NCBI GenBank assembly: GCA_043809315.1
Contig: JAZDDX010000024.1
Coordinates: 1-64,000, forward strand
Direction of reading: 5' to 3'
DNA from: Pseudomonadota bacterium
Lineage (GTDB): Bacteria > Bdellovibrionota_G > JALEGL01 > DATDPG01
DNA: 64,000 nt
Within the stretch, counting starts at the first letter, position 1, and the number at the start of each line of letters is the position of its first letter. Of this stretch, positions 16,390 to 26,542 are shown piece after piece. The notes under the pieces were generated by a model that made no database searches, was not told the origin of the DNA, and worked only from the letters and a program-made list of their open reading frames with translations. Made by a program: the position numbers and the translations under genes.

Positions 16390-18834
16390 ATGCGGGGAAC
16401 CAAGGACCTAACTCTGGCAGCTCTCCTCCTTCTCCTCGCTAGCTGCGGCGCCTGGAAATCGGCTCCCTCCGATCCGACCGGTGCGAAGCCTAGCGATCTG
16501 TTCGCCGTGAGCAATCCATGCGCCGTTTCCGTGCCGGTCGGGGTGAACACTCTCACAGCCTGTCTTCCCATTTTCCCCATCGTCACGCCGAACCCGACCC
16601 CCGTTCCGTCTCACCCGGTTCTCTACTTTCGAGCCTCCGATCTTCCCGTCATCCGCGCCAAGGCCGCGTACAGTTCGGCGAACGTGTTCGGGGTCAACTT
16701 GAAATCGGTCGCCGCCGACGTCGTCCGGATCGCCGATTCCTATCTCCTGGCGCGACCCCAACACAAAGTCACTCTTCCATATAGCCATACGGTTTGGCAG
16801 TACACGATGTCGGCGGTCCATCCTCCCGGCCACGCCGCCGATCCGCACTACCCCCCCACGACCGGGCTCGCCGGAACGATTCAGAGCTATATGGAGATCC
16901 TGACATTCGCCTATGTTCTGACCGGGGATGCGCGTTACCTCACGAACGTGAGCGGTACGGGGGCGAAGGATCTCGTTCTCCTTCTGGCGCAATGGAGCAG
17001 CTGGACCGATCCGGATTACGACTGGGGGAATTGCAAAGCGCCGGACGGCACGGGCGGGGGCGGGCTCGACACCTCTTACCTCACGCAGGCGGCGGCGTTT
17101 CTTTACGATGCCGCGTTTTCGATTCTCACATCGGCGGAACGCGACACGATCCGGACCGCGATCATCGAGAAGGGACTCAAGGAGCTGGATCGTTGCCCGG
17201 CCTCCTATCCGGCTTGTCCGAACGGCGCCGCATTCCTAGGAGCCGGGTTGGGGATCGGCGCGCTCGCGGTCCTTCCCGAATATCCGAACGCCAACATCTG
17301 GATCGGACACGCGGTCGAGCGTCTGAACATATTTGTCGCCTCCCAAGGGACCGACGGGGGGTACCCCGAGGGGTTCATGTACGGATCCGGATCGGTCTAT
17401 TCCTTCATGCGCTTCATGGAGGGGTACAAGCGGGCCGGGCTGGGAAATCTTTACGCCTCTTGGTTTGCCGGGATCCCCCAGTTCGAGGCCAGTTTCCTGA
17501 CCGAAGATTTTGCCCGGCATCCTGTTTTCGGGGACAGCAACTTCGCGTCATCGGGACCGAAGACCCTTCTTCCCTTGGCGGCCAACGGCAACGCCGACGC
17601 CGTCTGGCTCCTTCAGAAACAGTCAGCCTATCTACCCACTATCTTGCGTGGTCCAATGGAGTTCAATCTCTTCAACCCCTACTGGCGCCCCCAGCCCCCG
17701 GTTTGGAACGGTTCCAAGGATTACCGGGGGGCGGGGTACGCCTCGCTACGCAACGGCTGGTCGAGCGATCCGGTCGGTTTTTTCAAAGCTGGGCCGGTGA
17801 CCGCTTTCGGGCACAACCAGCTCGACCACAACAGCTTCGTGATCCACGGCTTCGGGCAATGGCTGGCGACCGATCCCGGCTACCGATCCTGGAACGCCGC
17901 GGGGTCCGACGGGTCCGAGACCGAATTTCACAACTCGATTCTCGTCGACGGTCGGGGGCAGTCGATCAAGACCGGAGGGGCGATCGTCGGGTACACATCG
18001 AACAGCCAAATGGATCGCGTGATCGGATCGGCGGGGGATGCCTATCCTTCGGATCTCGGCCTCTCGCTCTTCTACCGGGTGTTCGCCTACGACAAGGTCG
18101 CGAAGAAATTCTATACGTCCGACGATCTTGTCTCCTCGATCCCCCACCGATTTTCGTACCTTTTGCACGGCGACGTCGGCGATACTCTTACCCTCACCGG
18201 TCCGGTGGAAGCGGTCCTGGAGAAGAACGGCGCCAAGTTGACGATCCAGTTCCCGGGAATGCAGAAAGACCTCACGCTCTACTCCCGTTCCCACGCCAAT
18301 GGCCGGCCGTATCTCGAAGCCGTCTCCTCTTCGACTACCGAGTTAAACCTCAACGCCGTTTTGACCCCCGAGGTCACTCCGTCTCGATTCGTGAACCCCG
18401 GCTTCGAGCTCGGAATGTCCCCTTGGTATCCGCGCGGAGGTGGGAGTGGAGTCGGTTACGCCGAGAGCATCGACGATACGACGGCTCACTCGGGCTCGAA
18501 GAGCGGCAAGATCGTGGTCACGGATCTCACCGGCGGAGGAGGGTACTTCTACAGCGACCTTCTGAGCGTGAAGTCTTTGGAAAAGGTCACGGCGTCCGTG
18601 TACTACAAGACGAGCGGCACAGCAGGAACTTTGCTGCGCTTTTACTATTTCAGCCCGAACAAACAGTACCTGCGCTGGGGCCCCGAGCAGACGTTCGCCG
18701 GATCAGCGGGCTGGCAGCAACTGTCGCTGGAGATTCCGTCCGTTCCGACGGATGTCGGTTATGTAAAGCTTGGGCTCAACTCCCAGGGGGTTGGCACCCT
18801 CTGGTTCGACGACGCGGAGTTCAAGCACTACTAG
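16390..18834 (+). CDS. Heparinase II/III-like polysaccharide lyase lipoprotein with a C-terminal CBM4/9-like domain
   Basis: LASC lipobox; EGFMYG, FGDS, GHNQLDHNSF, DPGY, HNSILVDG; C-terminal NPGFE...WFDD. Confidence 0.8.
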   Translation: MRGTKDLTLAALLLLLASCGAWKSAPSDPTGAKPSDLFAVSNPCAVSVPVGVNTLTACLPIFPIVTPNPTPVPSHPVLYFRASDLPVIRAKAAYSSANVFGVNLKSVAADVVRIADSYLLARPQHKVTLPYSHTVWQYTMSAVHPPGHAADPHYPPTTGLAGTIQSYMEILTFAYVLTGDARYLTNVSGTGAKDLVLLLAQWSSWTDPDYDWGNCKAPDGTGGGGLDTSYLTQAAAFLYDAAFSILTSAERDTIRTAIIEKGLKELDRCPASYPACPNGAAFLGAGLGIGALAVLPEYPNANIWIGHAVERLNIFVASQGTDGGYPEGFMYGSGSVYSFMRFMEGYKRAGLGNLYASWFAGIPQFEASFLTEDFARHPVFGDSNFASSGPKTLLPLAANGNADAVWLLQKQSAYLPTILRGPMEFNLFNPYWRPQPPVWNGSKDYRGAGYASLRNGWSSDPVGFFKAGPVTAFGHNQLDHNSFVIHGFGQWLATDPGYRSWNAAGSDGSETEFHNSILVDGRGQSIKTGGAIVGYTSNSQMDRVIGSAGDAYPSDLGLSLFYRVFAYDKVAKKFYTSDDLVSSIPHRFSYLLHGDVGDTLTLTGPVEAVLEKNGAKLTIQFPGMQKDLTLYSRSHANGRPYLEAVSSSTTELNLNAVLTPEVTPSRFVNPGFELGMSPWYPRGGGSGVGYAESIDDTTAHSGSKSGKIVVTDLTGGGGYFYSDLLSVKSLEKVTASVYYKTSGTAGTLLRFYYFSPNKQYLRWGPEQTFAGSAGWQQLSLEIPSVPTDVGYVKLGLNSQGVGTLWFDDAEFKHY

Positions 18835-19124
18835 ATTCAGACCTCAGGAAAGGGATACCTTGGAAAACAGAGCCATCGCTCAAGACTTTGCGGAGCGGGT
18901 GGTCCAACGTCTCGGAAAGGCGATCCAGTCGGGTACTATAGGAACTTTCATCCTGAAGCGATTCGAGCCGAAGGCGGTGGGCGGGGGTGGGAGGTTGGAA
19001 GACGGGGGATCGCGAAAGGGGAAGGAAGAAAAGCACCGTTATCACCCGATGCGCTGATCGAACTCTTCGTTGGATTCGATCCTGGCCTGGCTGGAATTGG
19101 CTTCCGATTCGTAACCCAATTTTT

Positions 19125-19162
19125 CGGGCACCTGAGTGAGTTTCTCAGGTGCCCGTTTTTTT
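19125..19162 (+). terminator. Rho-independent terminator
   Basis: CGGGCACCTGAG-loop-CTCAGGTGCCCG followed by T7. Confidence 0.85.
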
Positions 19163-19409
19163 GTGCGTCACCGGGCACCAAATACAAGGGAGCAGTCGCC
19201 GACACGCGAGTTCGCGTCGTTGTAAATTAGGGAAAAAAAGTTTCGATTTAATGCATTCAAATTTTATTTTATTACAAAATAAATATAAAAACCTTGTATC
19301 AAAGAATAAAATGATGACCTATTGCGTCTTGAAAAGGGGGAACCGGAATGCGATAATCATCTGTTTTTCAAATCAGCCTTGATTTCATATCTTAGGAGGA
19401 ACCCTTATC

Positions 19410-20909
19410 ATGAAACGCGCTCTCGTCGGTTTTGCAACGGCTTGCCTGATGTTCGGTGCGCTGGTTGGTTGTTCCAGCTCGAGTTCCAGCGGGAGTTCCA
19501 ACGAGCTTTCCACAACCTATCCCGGCGACCTAGCCGTCACGTCTCCATTTGCCGCGTCCTCGTCCGCGAATCAAGCGCGGCTTGCGGTGCACGCCATGGA
19601 TGCTCCGCCGACGGGTCAAATGGAGGTCAAGACGTTCGAAGAACGAAAGGAAGAGATTGCCCAACGGATGGAAGCGACCGACATCAACAGCTGCGGGTTT
19701 ACGTTGGACCTGTTCCGGGCGGCCCCGCCGGTCACCTGCTACGGTCCGGCCATCGATTACAGCGGGCATCCAGACGGAGGGGGGGCCAGCGGCCAACTCC
19801 CGCCGTTAGACCTGGGCATTTGGGAGGAGAACGAAAGTTCGACCGGCGAGGCTTGCATCACCGCCAAAGTGAACTCCCTGGTCGCCTCCACGCAGGCGCA
19901 GGTGGATACCGCCACCAACCTCATCACCGCCATGCTGTGCATCGCCAACGTCAACGGGTCGGATGCGCTGCCCGGCGCGGGGGAAACCAAAGATTATCTG
20001 GCCGACATTGCCGGCGCGGATCTTCCGTTTGAGATTACGACCGCGAAGGTTGAACGGCTGGAGGACTCCAGCGACGGCAAGCCCGTCTACCAGACCACCA
20101 TTATAGGGAGCTCCTCGTTCGACACCCGGGAGATCGCTGCGGCTATTTACCTCAAGCACATTCCCACCGAGGCGGACAACAGCGCGTACCGGGGGAGGTT
20201 GTGGTACACGATCACGGGGGACGTGGGGATGGGCGGCAACTGCGGCCCAAGCGGTCCCCGGCTCTTTGCGGTCTCGATCCTTTATTCCAAAACGACCGCG
20301 GGGATCCTGAGCTACCGTATGCAGCGGGCGCAATATTGCAGCGAGACCGCCGCTCAACCGTTCGCGGAGGATTTCAGTTTGGATGCCTCCAACAAGGTTC
20401 CTCAGCAGCCCAACGAAAATAGCGCCGGATGGTCGAACGATTTCAACGACGCCACATTCGAGATCAATGTGGCGGACGGAACCGGCAAGTTCGCGTACGC
20501 CTGGCAGGCGGGTTCCAACGACGGGAATACGCGCGCGTTCATCGCGGAGTTGACGGCGGGGGACGACGGCACGATTTCGGGTTGCGGATATTACGGCTAC
20601 GGTCCTGATGCAGAAAGTTCTGATGCAGGCGAAATCAGCGGGATGATCTGCAACTGGGCCGGCCCCGGAAACCACCACGATCCGATGACGGCCAAGGTGC
20701 AACGTCAGTGCGTCACACGCAATGCCGAGGGGAAGTTCGTATCGGACGCGGATTTGTTGGCCATCACGTACGCGCCGACCAACTCGTGTGATTCAGCGGG
20801 TGCCCCGTTTGTGTACGGCACCGTCACGGGCGCGGTCACCAACAACTTGGTGGACATCGGCGTCATGCAGGCGGACGTCAGCATTCCGGACCGGCCTCCG
20901 AGTCTCTGA
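19410..20909 (+). CDS. Cys-rich lipoprotein of unknown function
   Basis: AGGAGG RBS, LVGC lipobox, Ser linker. Confidence 0.8.
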   Translation: MKRALVGFATACLMFGALVGCSSSSSSGSSNELSTTYPGDLAVTSPFAASSSANQARLAVHAMDAPPTGQMEVKTFEERKEEIAQRMEATDINSCGFTLDLFRAAPPVTCYGPAIDYSGHPDGGGASGQLPPLDLGIWEENESSTGEACITAKVNSLVASTQAQVDTATNLITAMLCIANVNGSDALPGAGETKDYLADIAGADLPFEITTAKVERLEDSSDGKPVYQTTIIGSSSFDTREIAAAIYLKHIPTEADNSAYRGRLWYTITGDVGMGGNCGPSGPRLFAVSILYSKTTAGILSYRMQRAQYCSETAAQPFAEDFSLDASNKVPQQPNENSAGWSNDFNDATFEINVADGTGKFAYAWQAGSNDGNTRAFIAELTAGDDGTISGCGYYGYGPDAESSDAGEISGMICNWAGPGNHHDPMTAKVQRQCVTRNAEGKFVSDADLLAITYAPTNSCDSAGAPFVYGTVTGAVTNNLVDIGVMQADVSIPDRPPSL

Positions 20910-20965
20910 CCGGCTGACAATCGCATCATAGGCTGAATCGTTCCGTTACCCCGAACGTCCGGGCT

Positions 20966-22684
20966 TCAATTTCTCTGCGCCCAATACGTCTCGCCGTCGG
21001 AGAACTCCACGCGATCGATCCCGTTGGCGTCGAATTTAACGTCCCGGAGGAACGAATTCTTCGTGGCGCCGAAAATCCCGTTCGGGCGCGCCTGGGGGAA
21101 GATCCGGCGCATCATGTTCACCAGGTTCTTCCCCTCTTTTCCGTCGGCGCCGGAGGCGCAGCCGTCGATCACGATCTGCCCCCCCTCCTTGAGCGCGTCC
21201 CGGATCCCGCTTTCTTTGAGGAACCCCTCATCCTCGAGCGTCATGTAATCCGAATGTTCCTTCTGCGAGTGAACCACGAAATCGATCGCGTCCGCCCCCC
21301 CCAGAAACGTCCCGGTATCCACCCCCGAGTTCACCAGCCCCTTCCTTCCCACCGCCTCATAATAGATGATGTCGTACCGCCCTCCGAACAGACGGAACCC
21401 CTGCGCCACTTCCTGGTCCACGAAACCGTTCCAGTCCGACCCGTCCGCGATCATCAGCAACAACGGCTTCTCTCCGTCCCGCTTCGCCCCGTTCCGCTTG
21501 CCGATCATCTCCCGTAAGCCCTCCGGCGTGAACCGGTTGAACCACGTGATCCCGAGCGCGTTCGCCTCCAGATACAGCCGCCCTCTCTCCGTCCCGATCT
21601 CGCGCAGCACCCGGGCCGTTTCATACGGTCGCCGTCTAAGAAGCTCCCCCACCTCGAACGGGAACTCCCGCTTCACCATCCAGGGGAGCGTCCTGCGGAG
21701 GATCTCCTTCTTCTCCGTCAGCAGACCGAAGAGGTCGTTGGTCACCGTCTTCAAAGAGAGGATCTGCCGGCTCGGCCTTTCGAAGTCGCTGCCCCAGTAC
21801 CAGACCCGGTTTTCGAACGTCCGCCAGTTCGGCGGGAAGCTCCAGGCCGCGTCGACGAAGACGACCGGATCTTGGTTCCCGAAGAGGTCCGAGGATCCCC
21901 GCGGCAGGAACCGCTCGAAGAGGATCGCCTTCCGGAGCGCGACCTCGTCCCCCCTGCGGGCTCCGTCCGCGATCGCGGGGAAATCGAAATCCTTGAGAAT
22001 CGTTTCGAAGCAGCGGACCGGCTGATCCCGGTGATCCGCGATCTTGTTCCAGAATCGCACCGCTTCTCCGTCGTCCGACGCCGCCCGCTCGAAGATCTCC
22101 CGGCAGGCAAAGGCCGCCGCCTCCGAGGTTCCCCACGACACCTCCCACCTCGCATCGTCGTTTCCGTCGAGCGCCCGGTCGATCAGCTCGTTTTTCTTCG
22201 GGGGGAACGGCTCCTTCCATCGCACGTAGTCGTCCAGTTTCTGCTTCGCGAGGCAGGAGGCCTCCTCGAAGAGATCGGTGATGTCGTACGTGTCCTTCTT
22301 CGGGTCGTACCGCTCCTGGATCGTGAGGTAGAGCGAACCGATCCAACTCGTACGGTCGATCATCCGGCCGATCCCCGGCGCGATCTTCGCGAGGGCCGCG
22401 TAGGCGAGGTCCATGATCTCGGTCGAGAGAACCGACGGGATCGTCATCCGCGGGAGCGACCTCGGAAACGGGTCGGGGGAGGGGGAAACGTCGTTCCAAA
22501 GGTGGCGGGCGTTCGCAACGGATTGCTCGCTGACGACGATCTTCCCGCCGTCGGTCGTGACGGCCTCCGAGTCGGCCGGATAGCCCTTCCGAAATGCATC
22601 CGCCAGGCGGCTTGCGCTCAGAGGGTCGTCCTGGGCATAAGCTGCCGGAATAATGAGACAAAGCAGAAGGGCAGGGAGGCGCAT
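20966..22684 (-). CDS. Secreted hypothetical protein, possible C-terminal caspase/CHAT-like domain
   Basis: Signal peptide ending AYA; C-terminal FVVHS...IVIDGCASG. Confidence 0.65.
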   Translation of the reverse strand: MRLPALLLCLIIPAAYAQDDPLSASRLADAFRKGYPADSEAVTTDGGKIVVSEQSVANARHLWNDVSPSPDPFPRSLPRMTIPSVLSTEIMDLAYAALAKIAPGIGRMIDRTSWIGSLYLTIQERYDPKKDTYDITDLFEEASCLAKQKLDDYVRWKEPFPPKKNELIDRALDGNDDARWEVSWGTSEAAAFACREIFERAASDDGEAVRFWNKIADHRDQPVRCFETILKDFDFPAIADGARRGDEVALRKAILFERFLPRGSSDLFGNQDPVVFVDAAWSFPPNWRTFENRVWYWGSDFERPSRQILSLKTVTNDLFGLLTEKKEILRRTLPWMVKREFPFEVGELLRRRPYETARVLREIGTERGRLYLEANALGITWFNRFTPEGLREMIGKRNGAKRDGEKPLLLMIADGSDWNGFVDQEVAQGFRLFGGRYDIIYYEAVGRKGLVNSGVDTGTFLGGADAIDFVVHSQKEHSDYMTLEDEGFLKESGIRDALKEGGQIVIDGCASGADGKEGKNLVNMMRRIFPQARPNGIFGATKNSFLRDVKFDANGIDRVEFSDGETYWAQRN

Positions 22685-22788
22685 TCCGTACGCGGCTTAT
22701 CTTATTTAACGCGATAAGTCAAACAACTTGAAAAGAATTGCTCACCGCGTCAGGTTCAAGTATACGAAACGCCGAAAGAGAGGCTTCC

Positions 22789-23328
22789 ATGACGTTCCTC
22801 GTTTCCCTTCTTCTCGCGCTCACCACTTCCACCGCATTCGCGCAATACGATGTCGGCAAGGTGGTTTCGGACTTCACGATGCCGAGCGTGGTTACGAAAG
22901 ACGCGGTGATTGACCTGAAGGAAGTTCGCGAGAAGCGCGGAGTCAAGGTCGTGTGGCTGACGTTTCTCCGCGCCTCTTGCTCGAAGTGTAACACCCAGAT
23001 CGACGACCTCTTGGCCGTCGGTTCGCCGCCGAACGATCGGATCGCGTTCGTCACTGTCTTTTTGAGCCCAAAAGCGTCCGAGGAGTACACGCAGGGATAC
23101 GCCCGGGGCGCCAAGATCGACTGGCCGGCCGGATACGACCGGGATGGAAAGATCGCCAGTCTCTTCGGCGTCACTGATTTCCCAGCGCATGTCGTCATCG
23201 ACACGAAGGGAGAGGTGATCGATACGCAGGTCGGACCGCTTTCGAAACAGCAAGTGAAAGACAAAATCGACGCCGCTTTGAAAAAGGTCGGGACGTACAT
23301 CCGCGGCGAGCAGAGGGAAGAAGAGTAG
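22789..23328 (+). CDS. Exported TlpA/redoxin family thiol-disulfide oxidoreductase
   Basis: Signal peptide, CSKC motif, FPAHVVID. Confidence 0.85.
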   Translation: MTFLVSLLLALTTSTAFAQYDVGKVVSDFTMPSVVTKDAVIDLKEVREKRGVKVVWLTFLRASCSKCNTQIDDLLAVGSPPNDRIAFVTVFLSPKASEEYTQGYARGAKIDWPAGYDRDGKIASLFGVTDFPAHVVIDTKGEVIDTQVGPLSKQQVKDKIDAALKKVGTYIRGEQREEE

Positions 23329-23339
23329 GAAGAGCCGGG

Positions 23340-24008
23340 TTGATCCGAAATGGAAATCTCCTGAGACGTCTTTTTCTCCTTCTTCTGTCGTTCGCGTTCT
23401 TCTCCACAACGGCCCATGCGCAGCAGAAGTTCGGCATGGACGACGTTAGCTTCCGCTGCCCGGCCGGGCCGAAAGGGTCGGATGTCTACCTCTGGCTGTT
23501 CGACGATCCCCGCAGCAAAGACAAGCGCGACTTCGCCGTGGTCTATTCTCCGCCCCTTCTCTTCGCCGCCGATTCGGGAATCCCCGGTCCGCTGATAAAG
23601 GTCGCGGAGCGGGAGGACGGGAAGGTCGAGGTCACGACGTACTTACTCGGACCCTCACTTGCGGCCGGCAAGTTCCGGGACTGCATCGTGAAGAACGTCG
23701 CCAAGATCCGGGGGATCTCCCGCGAGAAGGTCCCGATGAACAAGGTCCGGGAAATGGACGGATCGGTCCTGCTGAAGCCGGTGAATTCCAAAACGTTCCC
23801 ATTCCCGGTCAACATCCTGTTTTCCGAAGATGGGAGACCGCGTTCCTCTCTCTACTTCGGCCGCCCCGGGCGGGTGCTGACGTTCATTGTCGAGGAGCGA
23901 TACCAGAGGGAGCTCCAAGGGATGTTACGAAACGGGTTGCGCCTCGGTTTTAAGATTCAAGACGTCGAGGTGAAGAGGAACACGAAGCTCCACACGATCA
24001 CGGAGTGA
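23340..24008 (+). CDS. Secreted hypothetical protein
   Basis: Signal peptide ending AHA; co-oriented with the redoxin gene. Confidence 0.65.
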   Translation: MIRNGNLLRRLFLLLLSFAFFSTTAHAQQKFGMDDVSFRCPAGPKGSDVYLWLFDDPRSKDKRDFAVVYSPPLLFAADSGIPGPLIKVAEREDGKVEVTTYLLGPSLAAGKFRDCIVKNVAKIRGISREKVPMNKVREMDGSVLLKPVNSKTFPFPVNILFSEDGRPRSSLYFGRPGRVLTFIVEERYQRELQGMLRNGLRLGFKIQDVEVKRNTKLHTITE

Positions 24009-24031
24009 CCGGGGTCTCGCCTCGCCGACCC

Positions 24032-24280
24032 CTAGAGGGCGTCCGCGCGTTTGTAACAGTCGGCCAGGATTGCGCTGCAGCTGTCGACGCAGATCGAGAT
24101 GGCGTTGAGCGGCTGTGCCGCACAGGTCTTCGTGCAGGCCACATGCGAAACTTGGCACTCCTTGGCCGCCACCCGTCCCGGAGGGAGGGGGGGGGGAGCC
24201 GTTTTAGGAGGGGGCGGCGGCGCGAAACTGCAGGCGACAAAACCCGAGAAAAGGAGAACTCCCACGATCTTTCGCAACAT
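24032..24280 (-). CDS. Small Pro/Cys-rich lipoprotein
   Basis: GGAGGAG RBS, FVAC lipobox, poly-Pro linker, six C-terminal Cys. Confidence 0.65.
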   Translation of the reverse strand: MLRKIVGVLLFSGFVACSFAPPPPPKTAPPPLPPGRVAAKECQVSHVACTKTCAAQPLNAISICVDSCSAILADCYKRADAL

Positions 24281-24353
24281 CAACTCCTCCGTTCCGTACC
24301 GTCCAACGATAATACAGACTGAAGAATAACGCTCCAGGATCCGGAAGACCCAC

Positions 24354-24611
24354 TCAAGCGGGCTCGGTCCGAAGGAACCGCTCGATCGCAAGCCGAACCA
24401 AGCGCTGGTAATTCGTTCCGTGTTTCGTTGCCGCGCCTTTCAGCGCCCGAAGAAGACCCTCCGAGAGACGGAGGGTGATGCTCTTCGTCTTGGGCTGAAA
24501 CTCGAAGGTGACGGAGACGAAGTTCTCCCGGGTCATGTAGGCGGAAAGGTCGCGCTTGAGAAGACGCCTGGCAGCGCGGTCACTGGTCATTCGTGGCAAG
24601 GACTTCTTCAT
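24354..24611 (-). CDS. brnA: BrnA/CopG-like antitoxin
   Basis: KSITLRLSEGLL...NYQRLVR RHH motif; overlaps the toxin gene. Confidence 0.8.
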   Translation of the reverse strand: MKKSLPRMTSDRAARRLLKRDLSAYMTRENFVSVTFEFQPKTKSITLRLSEGLLRALKGAATKHGTNYQRLVRLAIERFLRTEPA

Positions 24612-24888
24612 ATCGCTCAATCTCCCTCCCGTTCATTCTTCTCGCGCTGATGGGGCGAATCAGCCGCATGCCGCCGGTCTCTCGGATCGTAAACGCAGCG
24701 ATTACGTGTCTTCCGTCCGGTAACACGCCCTGCGCGATAAGCCGCTCCTCCCGCGACGAGTGCTTCGGATCGGGCCCGACCCACAGAGGTTGCCGGAAAA
24801 ACGTTTCGATCGTCTCCCGGGAGAGGCCATGCTTAGCCTCGTTTTTGAACAAGTTGCCCCGATCCCAGTCAAAACCGTTCGCTTTCAT
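24580..24888 (-). CDS. brnT: BrnT family ribonuclease toxin
   Basis: FDWD..N..KHG...EER...IRPISAR. Confidence 0.9.
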   Translation of the reverse strand: MKANGFDWDRGNLFKNEAKHGLSRETIETFFRQPLWVGPDPKHSSREERLIAQGVLPDGRHVIAAFTIRETGGMRLIRPISARRMNGREIERYEEVLATNDQ

Positions 24889-25126
24889 CGCCAGTATACG
24901 TGAGTGTGCGTGCATTTGTACATACATCAGCTCTCCTAGATACGGACTTCAGAGGGCAAGGGCAGTGCCAAAAGAATAGGGGCGTGAAATCGAGCGGTTA
25001 CATGCGGCCGCCCTCCAGAAGAGGCCGGTTTTAGGTCTCTCCAGGTCGAAATTCGAATTCAACGTGGTGTGTTTTCACTCCCTGCTTCTGCTGGACGGGT
25101 CGTGATCTCCGGCGGTAAATAGAACC

Positions 25127-26542
25127 ATGCGGACGCTCGGAATTCTCCTTGCGGTTCTTCTCCCTTCGATCGGCCTGGCGGCTCCGCGCGTGGTCTCCGT
25201 GCACGATGCGCGCGCCACGAACTGGGATTATGCCACCGGCTCCTACTACGAGTCTCGGTTCGTGGACCAGGCGATCGTGGATGCGATGTTCCTGAAAGGG
25301 ATGCAGCTTCTGACGGGGAAGAGCACGACCAAAGAGGCGTGGCAGGCGCTACTCCCGCATTGGGCCGCCGGGCAGAAGATCGCGATCAAAGTGAACTTCA
25401 ACAACGGCGGGAACGCCAACACGCTCGACTCCACGCCGCAACCGATCCATTCGTTGGTCGCCTCTCTCCTCGATTTCGGATTTCAGTTGAGCCAGATCCG
25501 GGTTTTCGACGCGAGTCGGCCGATCGCCAACTGGTTCCGCACCCAGGTCGGCTATCCGGCCCTCCCCATTTTCGACTGCAACCCGATCTCCTGCACGTGG
25601 AACTACAGTTCGAACGACCGCGCTCTCTTCAGCTCCTCGGATCCCGGCGCTTCGGTCACCTTTGCGACGTACACCGGAAGCCACAAGATCACCGATGTCT
25701 TGATCGGGAGCGACTACCTCGTGAACGCCTGCATCTTCCAGAGGCACGGCGGCGCCGTGGTCAGCCTCGCCTTGAAAAACCATTTCGGAACCATCGATGG
25801 TCTTTATACCGGCGGCCACACGATCCACGACTGGATGGTACCTTGGGGGGCACATTACGGGGGGACGACGAACAACCCGATCGTCGACATCAACCTGAAC
25901 TCCAACATCCGGAACAAGACGGTTCTCGTCCTGGGGGACGGTCTGTACGGAGACTGGCCCGACAACAACGGCGTCCCCCATCGGTGGGTGTCGTTCGGGA
26001 ACGATTCGCCCAATTCACTGTTCTTTGGAGTCGATCCCGTCGCCACCGATTCGGTCATGATCGACCGACTCGAGTGGGAAGGGTCGTTCGGTTACTGGGG
26101 GCCGCAGGCGACCGACCTGTATGTCGATGCCGAAAACCGCGGTTTGGGGGTTCATGAAGTCTGTGGTTTCAGCAAGAGCTGTTCGAGGATCGACTTCGCT
26201 TCGTACGATTTCGACTCCGGGACCCAGACCGGCACTCCCGTGCCGGAACCGACGGCCACCCCCGGACCGACCTCGACGGCCAATCCCGGGTCGACCTCGA
26301 CCCCCACGCCGGCCGCCAAGAAAGGGAGTGGGTGTTCCGCGAGTGGTTTCGGAGAGCTCTCGTGGCTCGTGTGCCTCGGGCTTGGGTGGGGTTGGTTGCG
26401 TCGAAATAAATTTTTCAGCGTTTTGCGGCCATGTCCAAGTTGTGCTGCCGGTATTCCTCCCAGAGCGGGCTGTCCTGCGGATGTCGGATGTCGGCGGCCG
26501 CGTTCCAGAGAGCGATCCACCAAGGAGCGTCGGCGTCGATGA
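25127..26542 (+). CDS. Secreted DUF362-domain protein with a Pro/Thr linker and MYXO-CTERM-like sorting segment
   Basis: IAIKVN, HGGAVVSLALKNHFG, DPVATD; KKGSGCS...LGLGWGWLRR. Confidence 0.8.
   Translation: MRTLGILLAVLLPSIGLAAPRVVSVHDARATNWDYATGSYYESRFVDQAIVDAMFLKGMQLLTGKSTTKEAWQALLPHWAAGQKIAIKVNFNNGGNANTLDSTPQPIHSLVASLLDFGFQLSQIRVFDASRPIANWFRTQVGYPALPIFDCNPISCTWNYSSNDRALFSSSDPGASVTFATYTGSHKITDVLIGSDYLVNACIFQRHGGAVVSLALKNHFGTIDGLYTGGHTIHDWMVPWGAHYGGTTNNPIVDINLNSNIRNKTVLVLGDGLYGDWPDNNGVPHRWVSFGNDSPNSLFFGVDPVATDSVMIDRLEWEGSFGYWGPQATDLYVDAENRGLGVHEVCGFSKSCSRIDFASYDFDSGTQTGTPVPEPTATPGPTSTANPGSTSTPTPAAKKGSGCSASGFGELSWLVCLGLGWGWLRRNKFFSVLRPCPSCAAGIPPRAGCPADVGCRRPRSRERSTKERRRR

Noticed and set aside
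18835-19124. Possible ncRNA or small gene before the strong terminator
   Set aside because: No recognisable RNA family. Short peptide resemblances (nucleotidyltransferase-like start, GFDPGLAG) are too weak.
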